Shown: positions 1-10,487 of the stretch, one piece after another
How positions within the stretch are numbered: position 1 is the first letter of the stretch
How the letters are laid out: each line of letters opens with the position of its first letter
Source of the DNA: Desulfobacterales bacterium
Lineage (GTDB): Bacteria > Desulfobacterota > Desulfobacteria > Desulfobacterales > UBA5616
Length of the DNA: 64,000 nt
Assembly: GCA_046483495.1 (NCBI GenBank)
Contig: JAWODC010000040.1
Location: 56,510 to 120,509, forward strand
Direction: 5' to 3'
Translations under genes and position numbers: made by a program
The notes under the pieces: model-generated
Told to the model about the DNA's origin: nothing
Database searches by the model: none
The model's input: the letters and a program-made list of their open reading frames with translations, nothing else

Positions 1-829
1 CGCGTGTGCGAAAGTCACCATAGCGGATGTCCGGATTGTGGATTTCGGCATGTGCCGAAAACATGGCTATGGCAAACGGCGAGAAACGGATTCGGGTGGA
101 AACGGAAACGTCGGCTGCGCCCAAAAGGGCGGCATCAGGCGGCAAACCCGCGATCGGAGCAAGAGAACCCAGGGCAAACGCCTGTGAGGCAAGATGAATC
201 GCGGTCGAACCGTTCTCCAAATCGGCATCAGCCGAAAGGCCGACGGCCTGTCCGAATGGATATGCCCAACCTTTGCAGGAAAGCCGCGTCATGTCCGGGG
301 AGCGCGCATCGATGTTCAGACTGAAAGGGATCCGATAGCTTCGGTCCGCTTCGACGCGTATTATTCGGCCGTTGGTAACCCTGATCTGATGAACATAAAA
401 ATCCATGCCCTGATCGGGGGTTTCATTTTCCCGGTGTGAACCGGTCACTTCAGCGTCCAACGGCCATACACCGGGAATGGAAAATGCTTTGTCGGTTAAT
501 TCAGTGACAACGGTAATGCCGTGTATGCGGATTGTTTTGACCCGTTTGCCAAGCACCCCCAGCGGCGAATAATCGATATCCACCGAATCGATGACGATAC
601 CGGCGTCGGAAGCGGTTCCCATTCGAATATCCGTCAGGTCCGCTCCGAATAATCCAATGTGCCTAACATTACAGGAAAAGCGTTCGATTCCGGCGGCCTG
701 AACCAGATCCGGAAGGAGGCGCTCCTCCAGGATAAAAGGCGAAACATACCGGAGAACTGCGAAAAATCCGCATGCCGCCACGGCGATCACCAGCAGCAGA
801 ATGGCGATTTTATTATAAACGAAGCGCAT
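1..829 (-). CDS. YdbH/AsmA-like membrane-anchored periplasmic protein, N-terminal part (runs off window)
   Basis: Hand translation from ATG at 829 (MRFVYNKIAILLLVIAVAACGFFAVLRYVSPFILEERLLPDLVQAAGIERFSCNVRHIGLFGADL...SVDIDYSPLGVLGKRVKTIRIHGI); checked open to about position 240 and absent from the ORF track, consistent with no stop in the window; N-terminal TM helix then beta-rich region. Confidence 0.55.
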   Translation of the reverse strand, partial: MRFVYNKIAILLLVIAVAACGFFAVLRYVSPFILEERLLPDLVQAAGIERFSCNVRHIGLFGADLTDIRMGTASDAGIVIDSVDIDYSPLGVLGKRVKTIRIHGITVVTELTDKAFSIPGVWPLDAEVTGSHRENETPDQGMDFYVHQIRVTNGRIIRVEADRSYRIPFSLNIDARSPDMTRLSCKGWAYPFGQAVGLSADADLENGSTAIHLASQAFALGSLAPIAGLPPDAALLGAADVSVSTRIRFSPFAIAMFSAHAEIHNPDIRYGDFRTR

Positions 830-845
830 GGGCTGTACCGTCCAA

Positions 846-1880
846 CTATACATTGAACCGAAACGTGATAATATCCCCGTCTTTGATTTCGTATGTCTTG
901 CCTTCGAGCCGCGTCATGCCTTGTTTTCTGGCTTCATGATATGAACCTGCGGTCATCAAATCCTCATAGGCGAGGACTTCCGCCCGAATAAAGCCCTTTT
1001 TCATGTCCGAGTGAATGGTGCCGGCGGCCTCCCGGGCCGGGGTGCCCGATTTGATGGTCCATGCCCGAACTTCGTCCTGTCCCACGGTAAAAAAGGAAAT
1101 CATGCCAAGCAGTTCATAGGATTTGTGAATGGCGCGGTCCATTGCAGATTCGGTGATGTCGTATTCGGCCATAAATGCCTGCGCTTCTTTTGAAGACATC
1201 TGTGCCAGTTCGTGCTCCAATTTTCCGCGCACCACGATGAAATCCTTACCGTCGCCGAATCGTCGTGGATCGGGGGCGCCATCATCCTCATCCGGGTTAT
1301 TGAAAAGCACCAGCAGCGGTTTTGCCGAAACAAACGCAAACCCTTTTAACAAAGGGGCGTTCGCCGCTTCAGGATAATTGCGGATGGGCTCTTCGTTTTC
1401 AAGCCGCACCCGGCATTCGGTCAACAGGGCCTTTTCCTCGGGGTCGGGCTTTTTACCCCGTTTCTGATCCATTCCGAGACGTTCCAGCCGTTTTTCAACG
1501 GTGATTAAATCCGAGAGGATCATTTCCTGCTCGAGCTGTTTAAAATCTGCGCGTGGATCGGGTGGGGCACCGTCGAATCCGGTGAAATTCCGCAGCACGT
1601 GAATCAACGCGTGGCAGTCCCGTATCCGGTTGTACACCGGTTGATCGTTAACTGTATCGCCTTTTCGAGACGGGGCGGCTGGTAAAAAATATTCCACCTG
1701 TGCATAAATCGTTTTTTGGGGCGTATATATTCTGCTCAGCCGATCGACGCGAACGTCGGGTACGCGGATCGTTCCGATCCGGTCTTCGGATTTATTCTGA
1801 GCATCCTGGAAATTTCGAGTCAGTGCTTCGAAAATCGTGGATTTCCCGCATCCGGGAAGTCCGGTTATACCTAACTTCAT
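846..1880 (-). CDS. ychF: YchF/OLA1-family ATPase-like protein (DUF933 C-terminal domain), divergent G motifs
   Basis: GLPGCGKST P-loop; C-terminal FFTVGQDEVRAWTI...AAGTIHSDMKKGFIRAEV...RLEGKTYEIKDGDIITFRFNV. Confidence 0.85.
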   Translation of the reverse strand: MKLGITGLPGCGKSTIFEALTRNFQDAQNKSEDRIGTIRVPDVRVDRLSRIYTPQKTIYAQVEYFLPAAPSRKGDTVNDQPVYNRIRDCHALIHVLRNFTGFDGAPPDPRADFKQLEQEMILSDLITVEKRLERLGMDQKRGKKPDPEEKALLTECRVRLENEEPIRNYPEAANAPLLKGFAFVSAKPLLVLFNNPDEDDGAPDPRRFGDGKDFIVVRGKLEHELAQMSSKEAQAFMAEYDITESAMDRAIHKSYELLGMISFFTVGQDEVRAWTIKSGTPAREAAGTIHSDMKKGFIRAEVLAYEDLMTAGSYHEARKQGMTRLEGKTYEIKDGDIITFRFNV

Positions 1881-1910
1881 ACGTGTATCCTGAACCGCTT
1901 AGTTAGTGCC

Positions 1911-2900
1911 CTAGTTATGGCTTGAAATATCACCCTGCCGAAGTGAACTCAACCGCTCCAAAACAGCTTCAGCTTCCTTGACAATGGATTGAATCGTCTC
2001 CGCCACGGTCGGGCAATTCGTGATTCGGCCGGCCGTCTGGCCCATGCCCATCATGCCTTCGGTGATATTCCCCTGCTGCCACCCTTTGCGCCCCACATCG
2101 CCGCTGATATACGGTGCGAGTTCTTCGATGCTTGCCCCCTTCAATTCCATATCGAGGATTTTTTCCGCCCAAGGGGTTTTCAGCACCCGGCTGGGGTTCA
2201 TGTATGCCTTCATGACCAGCATGGTGTCAAATTCACGGGCATCCATGATCGCCTGCTTGGCATTTGGATGAATGGGGCACTCCAGTGTACTCATAAACCG
2301 GGTCCCCATGTTCACCGCATCAGCACCCAGGGCAAGCCCGGCCACCAGCGTTTTCCCGTCACAAAACCCGCCGCCGACGATCAGTGGGGCCGAGATGGAT
2401 TCCGCCGTCAAAGGGGCCAGAATAAGGGAAGTGACCTCCTCCATGCTGGGGTGCCCTCCGCACTCGGTGCCTACGATGGATACCACATCCACCCCCATCT
2501 TATCCACCTTTACGGCGTCTCTGAGGCGGGCGCATTTATGGATATGAATCAGTCCCGCCGACCGGATTCGGTCGCGATAGGGTTCGGGGCTTCTGCCTGC
2601 CGTTTCCAGAATCGTTACACCGGAATCGGTCACCCAGTCGAGGCGCTCCTCCACCGGCAGGTCCCGCATGGCGGGGAACAATCCGACATTGACACCGAAC
2701 GGTTGATCGGTCAAATCCCTGGTTTTCTTGATCTCATCCATAAATTCATCCCGGGTCTGAAAAAAGGCGGATGAGATACAACAGAATCCTCCTGCATTGG
2801 CAACGGCCGCCGTCAACTCCGCCAGGGTAATGCCGTGCATGGTGCCGCATTGGATAGGGTACTTGATGCCGAACATTTTCGTCAATTGGGTCTCGAGCAT
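1911..2900 (-). CDS. Nitronate monooxygenase / FabK-like FMN-dependent oxidoreductase
   Basis: IKYPIQCGTM, PFGVN, GTECGGH, LALGADAVNMGTRF motifs. Confidence 0.85.
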   Translation of the reverse strand: MLETQLTKMFGIKYPIQCGTMHGITLAELTAAVANAGGFCCISSAFFQTRDEFMDEIKKTRDLTDQPFGVNVGLFPAMRDLPVEERLDWVTDSGVTILETAGRSPEPYRDRIRSAGLIHIHKCARLRDAVKVDKMGVDVVSIVGTECGGHPSMEEVTSLILAPLTAESISAPLIVGGGFCDGKTLVAGLALGADAVNMGTRFMSTLECPIHPNAKQAIMDAREFDTMLVMKAYMNPSRVLKTPWAEKILDMELKGASIEELAPYISGDVGRKGWQQGNITEGMMGMGQTAGRITNCPTVAETIQSIVKEAEAVLERLSSLRQGDISSHN

Positions 2901-3203
2901 AACCAGATCTCCTTTTTTGCGGGTTATTTTCGGCTCCGAAGCATGGCCTCACATTTCTGAGCCCGGTGCCGGGAAAAGCACTCGATCCGGGGGATAATGC
3001 ATAACCGGAAAGAAGCATTCGCGCGGATTGAAGAACGATCCGTGTGAAGCGAGGGCTTGATCATAGCATTAATTTTTGTTACAGAAAAGTTTTGAAATCG
3101 ACAATTCAGCGGCCGTCCTTCAGGATGGACGCCGCAGTCTGTTCCGCCGATTATCCCTTCATTGCAAACGCATTCATTAACGCTAACCAAAAGGAGAATT
3201 TTC

Positions 3204-4205
3204 ATGGCTGAAAAGGATATGTATCACCAATTGGCTGAAGTGATCGGTGCCGGCAATTCCAGGCTGATTCCGGCTATTATGAAAGAAATGGCCGATGAAA
3301 AGGAAATGAAGCTGGTATTGGCTGCTTCGCCGCCGGCAACCGTCGAAGAGCTTGCCGAAAAAACGGAAATTCCCAAAGATGAAGTGCAAAAATTGCTGGA
3401 CGGCCTTTTCACAAAAGGACTTATCTACAAGTCGAAAAAACCGGAGGGCACCAAATATTATCGCGTCCGGCACCTGATCCAGTTCCATGATGCAACCATT
3501 TTGACACCGGGGTTATCCAAGGATGTTTTGGATATGTGGAAGGAGTTCGACCATGAGGAGTGGCCGATGTTTCTGGATCAATATGAAGAGCTGTTGCCCA
3601 AACCCGGATCACGGGTTATTCCGGTGAACGTCTCCGTCGAATCGGAATCGAAAATACTGGCTTTCGAGGACGTACGCTCCATTGTCGAGGAGGCAAATCG
3701 CCTGGCGGTGGTCAACTGTACATGCCGGCTCGTGGATGGGAAATGCGGCAAGCCCGTCGAGGTATGCATTCAGATCAATAAGGCCGCGGATTATACCCTC
3801 GAGCGGGGGACCGGCCGGGAATTGTCGAAGCAGGAAGCGATTGACATGCTGAAAATGTGCGAGGAAGAGGGATTGGTTCACATTACGGATAATCGTCGGT
3901 CAATCGGAAATCTGATCTGCAACTGCTGCGAGGACTGCTGCATCAACTGGCCGGGTTCCCGAAAGGCCAGCAAAAAATTCGTGGCTCCAAGCCGATTTGT
4001 CGCCTCCGTCGATGAAGATTTGTGCACGAGTTGCGAGGTTTGCCTGGATCGGTGCTACTTCGATGCCATAACGATGACCGGAGCTGGAGGAACCGCCCAA
4101 ATCGATGAGGAAAACTGCATGGGATGCGGTCTGTGCATCGTAACCTGCGATTCCGATGCGATGTCCTTGAAGGAGACGCGATCGGAAAGTTTTGTCGAAG
4201 AATAA
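3204..4205 (+). CDS. 4Fe-4S binding protein with N-terminal HTH-like region
   Basis: RBS AAGGAG before ATG 3204; CTCR..C..C, ICNCCEDCC, and two CxxCxxCxxxC ferredoxin motifs at the C-terminus. Confidence 0.85.
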   Translation: MAEKDMYHQLAEVIGAGNSRLIPAIMKEMADEKEMKLVLAASPPATVEELAEKTEIPKDEVQKLLDGLFTKGLIYKSKKPEGTKYYRVRHLIQFHDATILTPGLSKDVLDMWKEFDHEEWPMFLDQYEELLPKPGSRVIPVNVSVESESKILAFEDVRSIVEEANRLAVVNCTCRLVDGKCGKPVEVCIQINKAADYTLERGTGRELSKQEAIDMLKMCEEEGLVHITDNRRSIGNLICNCCEDCCINWPGSRKASKKFVAPSRFVASVDEDLCTSCEVCLDRCYFDAITMTGAGGTAQIDEENCMGCGLCIVTCDSDAMSLKETRSESFVEE

Positions 4206-4235
4206 GCCACGCGATCCCGAATTCCTATCTCTTTT

Positions 4236-4267
4236 GAAAAAAGCCGCCGTTTCGGGCGGCTTTTTTC
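4236..4267. terminator. Intrinsic terminator (bidirectional)
   Basis: GAAAAAAGCCGCC-gtttcg-GGCGGCTTTTTTC hairpin 30 nt after the stop at 4205. Confidence 0.85.
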
Positions 4268-4470
4268 AGTTTGCTCGAACAAATACGACCGGTTGAAGCC
4301 GAAAAACCGCCGATTGCATAATTTTTCAACTTCTTATAAGGTATAATGAAATCTTTAAATTCATGCCGGAGCATTTTGGACCTGCCGGAAAGAGAGCGAG
4401 GCGGGCAAGACGGGCGACACGGGTGCCACAAACCGCCAAGGCGTTTAACCGCTGATGCGAGGATGCAGGA

Positions 4471-4950
4471 ATGAAAACAGCAAATCAGCTGCAGGCCTCT
4501 GTGGGCAGGATGACCTACGGCATCTATGCCCTCACCGCCGCATATGAAGATGTCATCAATGCCATGATCGCCTCATGGGTCAGCCAGGTTTCCCATGATC
4601 CATACCTGATTATGGTCGGAATCCACCCAAACCGTTTTTCGCATCATCTCATCGAAAATAGCGGCCGGTTCGCACTTCATGTCATGGCCGAACATCAGAT
4701 CGATTTGATGCGTCAATTCAAATTAAGGGATCCCAACGCCAAATTTTCCGGTTTGGATTGGACGCCCGGGAAGACCGGCTGCCCCATTTTGGCGGACTGC
4801 ATTTGCTTTATGGAATGCGAGGTAACACAGCGTCTTATGCCGGGGAATCACACCCTGTTTATTGGAAACGTGGTAAACGCGGGTGTGAATGCGGATAAAA
4901 CGCCGTTGTCGACCCTGGACTACAGCGGGGTGTATGTCGGCGATACCTAG
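4471..4950 (+). CDS. Flavin reductase-like FMN-binding protein
   Basis: YGIYALT, NAMIASWVSQVS, GCPIL, GNHTLFIG motifs. Confidence 0.85.
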   Translation: MKTANQLQASVGRMTYGIYALTAAYEDVINAMIASWVSQVSHDPYLIMVGIHPNRFSHHLIENSGRFALHVMAEHQIDLMRQFKLRDPNAKFSGLDWTPGKTGCPILADCICFMECEVTQRLMPGNHTLFIGNVVNAGVNADKTPLSTLDYSGVYVGDT

Positions 4951-4955
4951 CTCCG

Positions 4956-6149
4956 ATGGAAAAGGAATGCGACATGACATTTGATTTTGACCGGATAATT
5001 GATCGCAGAAATACGAATTCCGCCAAGTGGGATCTGGTCCCGGGCATGTGCAAAGATCCCGATGTTATTCCTATGTGGGTGGCGGATATGGACTTCCCCA
5101 CGGCCCCCGCGGTCATCGAAGCCTTGAAGCGGCAGTCGGAAAACGGTTTTTTCGGCTATACGCTTCGGCCGAAATCCTATTTGCAGGCGGTTGTCGACTG
5201 GGTGGACCGCCGCCACGGCTGGAAGATCGAACCGGAATGGCTCACCTACAGCCCCGGCGTGGTTACCGCACTGAACCTCTGCCTTATGACGTATACCCGG
5301 CCCGGCGACCGCGTCATCATTCAGCCGCCGGTGTATTATCCTTTTGCCCGGGCCATACGAAATAACGGCCGATACGTCGAAAATAATCCCCTCCTCTATG
5401 ACGGAAACCGTTACACCATGGACCTGACGGATTTAAAGACACGGGCGCACCATCGCACCACCATGATGATCTTGTGCAGTCCTCATAATCCTGTCGGCCG
5501 GGTCTGGCACGAAGATGCTCTTGCCGCTGTCGCTGAATTCTGTGTTGAGAACGACATCCTGCTCGTTTCCGACGAAATACATTCCGACCTGGTCTTTCGT
5601 GAGCGGAAGCATATGCCCACAGCCTCGATTTCCGAAAAAATCGCCCAAAACACCATCACCTGCATCGCCCCCAGCAAGACATTCAACCTGGCAGGGCTGA
5701 AAACATCCGTTCTTGTCATTCCCGATCCAAAGCTCCGCCGGCAGTATCAGGACATGCTCGAAAATCTGGCCCTGGGTATGGACAACTCGTTCGGGGTCGT
5801 CGCCCTGGAAGCGGCGTATTCGCATGGCGAATCATGGCTGGAAGCGCTGCTGGACTATCTGGATGCGAACGCCGAGTGCGCCGTTTCGTTTATCCGGCAA
5901 AACATTCCCGGTATTTCGGCGCAAAAGCCGGAGGGCACCTATCTCTTGTGGCTCGACTGCCGCGGACTCGGGCTCGACAGCAAAGCACTGGATGATTTCA
6001 TGCTCACCAAAGCCCGGCTTTGGCTCGATGACGGCCCCATGTTCGGTCCCGGAGGGGAGGGGTTTCAACGGATGAATATCGCATGCCCCCGAAAAACCCT
6101 GGAGCGGGCGCTCGAACGCCTGAACAAGGCGGTTGTCGAGAACACCTGA
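4956..6149 (+). CDS. MalY/PatB-family PLP-dependent cystathionine beta-lyase (start may be 4974)
   Basis: IPMWVADMDF, LCSPHNPVGRVW, SDEIHSDL, APSKTFNLAG, RMNIACP. Confidence 0.9.
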   Translation: MEKECDMTFDFDRIIDRRNTNSAKWDLVPGMCKDPDVIPMWVADMDFPTAPAVIEALKRQSENGFFGYTLRPKSYLQAVVDWVDRRHGWKIEPEWLTYSPGVVTALNLCLMTYTRPGDRVIIQPPVYYPFARAIRNNGRYVENNPLLYDGNRYTMDLTDLKTRAHHRTTMMILCSPHNPVGRVWHEDALAAVAEFCVENDILLVSDEIHSDLVFRERKHMPTASISEKIAQNTITCIAPSKTFNLAGLKTSVLVIPDPKLRRQYQDMLENLALGMDNSFGVVALEAAYSHGESWLEALLDYLDANAECAVSFIRQNIPGISAQKPEGTYLLWLDCRGLGLDSKALDDFMLTKARLWLDDGPMFGPGGEGFQRMNIACPRKTLERALERLNKAVVENT

Positions 6150-6314
6150 TTTAAAATTTCGGAAGAGGTATGTCGACATCTTCTATTTCGGCCGGTCGCC
6201 ATTGGGGGTGATCATCTTTGTGTCCGTTATCACGGGGGCTCGGTTTTCCATTCGTTTATTCCATTGTCCATTGTGCCTGACGGCAAGGGCTTTGTTTTTT
6301 CGTCGGCACCGGAA

Positions 6315-9311
6315 TTATCCGGGGACGGCTTGAACATGAGATACCGTCAGTGTGCAGACCCCGAAATCCTCCGCCACGGTTCCGGAGAGAATGAAGGGAC
6401 GTGTTTTATCCAGCAAAGCGCAGAAGCGGCGGTAAGCTTTGGGGAAAAAGACGGTTTCCATCAGTCCGGTCTCATCTTCGAAGGTCAAAAACTCCATGGG
6501 ATCACCGTGCTTCGTGTGAACGACCTTCCCGGTGATCAGCAGTCCGGCCATGCGCACCCGTTTTCCCGCGAAGCGATGCATGTCGGCGGCCTTGACGATG
6601 TTTTTGCCCGAGAGCCGGTCGGCATAAAGGTCCATGGGATGGCGGGTGCATAAAAAACCCAGGGCGGAAAATTCATTTCGCAGGCGCTGGACCGGGTCTT
6701 CGGGTGGAAAGGACGGTGTCGGTACATCGGCAACGGGCGCAAACAGGTTTCGCGCTGCACACCGGCCGCTTTGCCGCTTTCGAAAGGCTGCGAATTGCCA
6801 CAGCAGTTCGGCCCGCGACAACCCCGGATGGAGGCTGTCCAATGCACCGGACCGGATCAGCGATTCGGCCTCTGCTTCATCCGGCCGAATTCGGTTAAAG
6901 GCGTCTTCGGCGCTGTCGAAGCGGCCGTTTTGACGCTTCTTTACGATACGGCTCCGGGTATCCGCAGTCAGGTGCCGGATGGACAACAGGCCCGTTCGCA
7001 TGAGACGTCGGCGTCCCTTCCAGCGGATATCGCTCCGGTTGAGGTCCGGCGGTAAAATCGTAACTCCCAGGCGCCTGGCTTCGGATACATAGGCAAACGC
7101 GCTGTAGAATCCGCCCTGGTTGCTGATGACGGCCGCCATGAATTCAGCCGGGAAATGGGCTTTCAGATAGGCGGCCTGGAACGACACACGGGCATAGCTG
7201 GCGCTGTGGGGTTTGCAGAAGGAATACCCTGAAAAGCTCATCATCATGTCCCACACCGCCGTGATCTGTTTCGATGAAAGGCCGTTTGCCCGCGCACCGT
7301 CGATAAATTGGTCCCGGTAATCCAATAATTGGCGCTTTTTGTCCTTTTTCGACATGACTTTTCGAAGGCCGTCGGCATCGGCATGCGAAAATCCGGCCAG
7401 GGCCACAGCGGTTTTGGAGACGTCTTCCTGGTATACCATGATGCCGTAAGTTTCTTCGAGCACCTCTGCCAGCAGGGGGTGGATGGGCTCCCATGTGCCG
7501 CCGTGAAGCCTGCGGATATATTCGCGGATAAAATCATTGGCGGCGGGCCGTATGATGCTGCTGTGAATCACGAGGTGGTCGAAATCGCCTTTCCCTGTTT
7601 TTTTTTGCAGCAGCCGCATGGCCGGGCTCTCGATGTAGAAGCACCCCATCGTTGCGCCCCGGGCCACGATTTTATGCGTATCCGGGTCATCTTCCGGCTC
7701 CCAGTCGTGTTCATCAAAGGCCGCCCCGTTTTCCTTTATATTTCGAACGGCGTCCCGGATGACCCCCAGGCTCCGGTTGCCTAACAGATCGATTTTGACC
7801 AGGCCGCCGTCTTCCACCGCGTCTTTTCCCCACTGAACGATCGGAACGCCCTTAGGTGCCGTTTCCACGGGCACATGACGGCAAACCGGGTCCGCCGTGA
7901 TGATCACGCCGCCGGGATGAACGGAGAGGTGCCTGGGAATGCCGATGATCCGCCGGGCCCGCTTCATGATCTCCGGCCACGGTTCGGGAACGTCGCACCC
8001 GGCCATCCGGGGCAGGTTTTTGATACGGGTGAGCAGATCGTCGGCCTCGTCCAGGTGCCAAAACCAGGGAAGCCGTTTGCACACCCGGCCGATTTCCTGT
8101 TCCGTCAGGCCGTAGACCCTTGCGGTTTCCCGAATGGCCATGCGCGGCTTGAAGGTGACGTGATTGCATACCATGGCTGCACAGTCCCCGTATCGCTTCA
8201 GTACGGCATCGATCACGTCGTCCCGTTCGTCCCAGGCGAAATCGACGTCGATGTCGGGCGGGTCCGTACGGCCCGGATTGAGGAACCGCTCGAAATACAG
8301 GTTGTGTTTGACCGGGCAGACATTGGTGATGCCCAGGCAGTAGGCCGCCAACGAAGCGGCCCCGGAGCCCCGGCCGCAAATGCGGGGGCTTCGGGACACG
8401 ATTTCCTTAACCACTAAAAAGTAGGATGAAAAGCCCATTCGGTCGATAACGGCGAGCTCATGTTCCAGGCGGTCGACCACATTTTCGGGAAGATCCGCTC
8501 CATACCGGCGCCGTGCCCCCCGATAGGCATCCTTTCGAAGTTGTTTCGCCGCCGATACATTTGGGTCGGATGGATGAGACCATGGCGGCATTTTCAGGGT
8601 GTCGGCAGGAGCGGTAAAGGTCAGCCGTTCGGCGATGTCTCGGCCGGCGGTGATGGTTTCCGGCCACAGGCTGAACCGCTTTCGGTAAACCTCCGGCGGG
8701 GCGAGCCATGCATCCGGTGCTGCGGTATCCTTTGGGTCCAATCGAAAAAGGGTGGTGTTCATGTCGATCGCCCGCAGCAGACGATGCAGTTCGTAGTCCC
8801 GGGGGTGGAGAAAAAAACTTGCCGGCGCCGCGACAGCAGGTACACCGACGCGGCGTGCCGTCTGCTTTAATGCAAGGGCTGCGGCATCCGGCTTCTGAAA
8901 GATTGCCGCGGCAACCGCCGCCCCCGCCTCGTGGATCCGGACAAGGCGTTCAGGAGCCCGGACCAGCAGCGTGAGTCCCCCTGAACAGGCGGTCAGGGCG
9001 TTTTCCAAATCAAAAGCAGGGTCCGTGTGGCGACGGGTGATCAGCCGGCAGAGATTCGTGTATCCCTCTTCGGTTTCAACCAGGCAGACCGCGGCCGGTG
9101 AACCGGTGCCGTCGGAAATCGCCGCCCCCACAATGGGAGTGATGTGTTCATGCCGACAGGCGTTTAAAAACGGCTGCAGGCCGTACACATTGTCGATATC
9201 GGTGAGTGCCAGGCGGTCATACCCCATGCGCTTTGCCGCCGCGGCAACCGCGGCCGGCGAAGCGGTTCCACGCATCAGGGAGTAATATGAATGAGCCACC
9301 AATGGAATCAT
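6315..9311 (-). CDS. dnaE2: DNA polymerase III alpha subunit, error-prone DnaE2-like
   Basis: PHP start HSYYSLMRG/LALTD; GRGSGAASL, FERFLNP, PPDIDVDF, KIDLLGNRSL, YSFCKPHSASYA, C-terminal OB fold; start 9311 overlaps the upstream stop (ATGA). Confidence 0.9.
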   Translation of the reverse strand: MIPLVAHSYYSLMRGTASPAAVAAAAKRMGYDRLALTDIDNVYGLQPFLNACRHEHITPIVGAAISDGTGSPAAVCLVETEEGYTNLCRLITRRHTDPAFDLENALTACSGGLTLLVRAPERLVRIHEAGAAVAAAIFQKPDAAALALKQTARRVGVPAVAAPASFFLHPRDYELHRLLRAIDMNTTLFRLDPKDTAAPDAWLAPPEVYRKRFSLWPETITAGRDIAERLTFTAPADTLKMPPWSHPSDPNVSAAKQLRKDAYRGARRRYGADLPENVVDRLEHELAVIDRMGFSSYFLVVKEIVSRSPRICGRGSGAASLAAYCLGITNVCPVKHNLYFERFLNPGRTDPPDIDVDFAWDERDDVIDAVLKRYGDCAAMVCNHVTFKPRMAIRETARVYGLTEQEIGRVCKRLPWFWHLDEADDLLTRIKNLPRMAGCDVPEPWPEIMKRARRIIGIPRHLSVHPGGVIITADPVCRHVPVETAPKGVPIVQWGKDAVEDGGLVKIDLLGNRSLGVIRDAVRNIKENGAAFDEHDWEPEDDPDTHKIVARGATMGCFYIESPAMRLLQKKTGKGDFDHLVIHSSIIRPAANDFIREYIRRLHGGTWEPIHPLLAEVLEETYGIMVYQEDVSKTAVALAGFSHADADGLRKVMSKKDKKRQLLDYRDQFIDGARANGLSSKQITAVWDMMMSFSGYSFCKPHSASYARVSFQAAYLKAHFPAEFMAAVISNQGGFYSAFAYVSEARRLGVTILPPDLNRSDIRWKGRRRLMRTGLLSIRHLTADTRSRIVKKRQNGRFDSAEDAFNRIRPDEAEAESLIRSGALDSLHPGLSRAELLWQFAAFRKRQSGRCAARNLFAPVADVPTPSFPPEDPVQRLRNEFSALGFLCTRHPMDLYADRLSGKNIVKAADMHRFAGKRVRMAGLLITGKVVHTKHGDPMEFLTFEDETGLMETVFFPKAYRRFCALLDKTRPFILSGTVAEDFGVCTLTVSHVQAVPG

Positions 9312-10486
9312 GACGGCAGCAAGGCAAGGGTCCGCCCCATAACGACGGCGTGAGGCCCGAAGCGGCGGCGGATCGCATCGACCGCTGCTGTCAGGTTTTG
9401 GGCGGCGGCTTGTTTTTTGTCGGAGAAAAGGGGCATTTGGGGCGGGGGATACGTCAGACGGTCGACCGTCAAACAAAAATGGCGGATGCGCACCCGCCGG
9501 GTCCATGCCCTGCTCAACACGGTTTTAACGGCGGCAAACAGTGCGGCATCGAGGGCCGTTGCGGGTTTTACGGCAGCCTGTCGAACCGTTCGAATGCCGT
9601 CTGAATAGCTGACGGCAAGACCGATCCGCCGCGCGGCCAGGCACCGTCGGCGCAGGTCCGCCCCGGCCTGTTCCACCAGGTGATATAAAATGCCTTCCAC
9701 CAGGGTCGGATCATGGGTGTCGGTGGCGAATTCGTGATCCAGGCGGATCTCCGGCGGTTTTCGGCCCACAGGCGCCACGGGCGATGCGTCGATTCCCCGT
9801 ACCGCATTGTAAATGAAAGCGGCCCGTTTTGCGAACACCACGTCCAACTGGCCCAATGACCAGGGCGTGACATGTGCGGCTCGGGTGAGGTTCAGCGTAT
9901 AAAACCGGTGCAAATCATCAGGCTCGATGCCGGGAATCAGGCGAAGCGAAACGGGATTCAAAAATCGTGCTTCATCTCCGGCGCCCACGATATATTCACC
10001 CACCGGTTTAACCAGGCGCGTGGCCACTTTTGCCGTGAGTTTGTTTGGGGCCACCGACCAGATGGGATCCATGTCCAAGCGGCCCCGCACTTCCTTTCGA
10101 ATGCGCCATGCCACGTCCGGGGCGGGCCCGAAAAGCTTTCCCGTTCCCGTGGCATCCACGAACAAATGCCCGTTGTGATCGGTTTTTTCAATCAGCGGAG
10201 AGTAGGGCAGGGCGCACCGCACCAGTTCCTCCATGGCGCGTTCGTACCGGTAAAAACGGGGCGGCACCACCCGGGCGTCCCGACATCTGCGCAGGGCTGC
10301 AGCCAGGGCCATATGCTTACGGACCCCGTTTTGATAGGCTTCTTCGCTCATGTCATATACCGTGGCCCGGGGCGCCCCCTGGGGGGCGATGACGACAGGG
10401 CGGTCCCGAAGGCGGGTGTCGATGAGCCGTTCAACGGCAACGGCAAAATCCGCCACGTTCAAATGAATGATGAACCGCTCATTCAT
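9308..10486 (-). CDS. imuB: Y-family polymerase homolog lacking catalytic acidic residues (ImuB-like)
   Basis: DinB fold, but HLNVADFAVAVE replaces HxDxDxFYxxVE and TDHNGHLFVD replaces SIDEAYLD; clamp-binding-like QMPLF near the C-terminus. Confidence 0.75.
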   Translation of the reverse strand: MNERFIIHLNVADFAVAVERLIDTRLRDRPVVIAPQGAPRATVYDMSEEAYQNGVRKHMALAAALRRCRDARVVPPRFYRYERAMEELVRCALPYSPLIEKTDHNGHLFVDATGTGKLFGPAPDVAWRIRKEVRGRLDMDPIWSVAPNKLTAKVATRLVKPVGEYIVGAGDEARFLNPVSLRLIPGIEPDDLHRFYTLNLTRAAHVTPWSLGQLDVVFAKRAAFIYNAVRGIDASPVAPVGRKPPEIRLDHEFATDTHDPTLVEGILYHLVEQAGADLRRRCLAARRIGLAVSYSDGIRTVRQAAVKPATALDAALFAAVKTVLSRAWTRRVRIRHFCLTVDRLTYPPPQMPLFSDKKQAAAQNLTAAVDAIRRRFGPHAVVMGRTLALLPS

Positions 10487-10487
10487 C

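Noticed and set aside
9312..9506. 65-aa N-terminal extension of dnaE2 in the ORF track
   Set aside because: It overlaps imuB; PHP homology starts at ATG 9311 with an ATGA coupling
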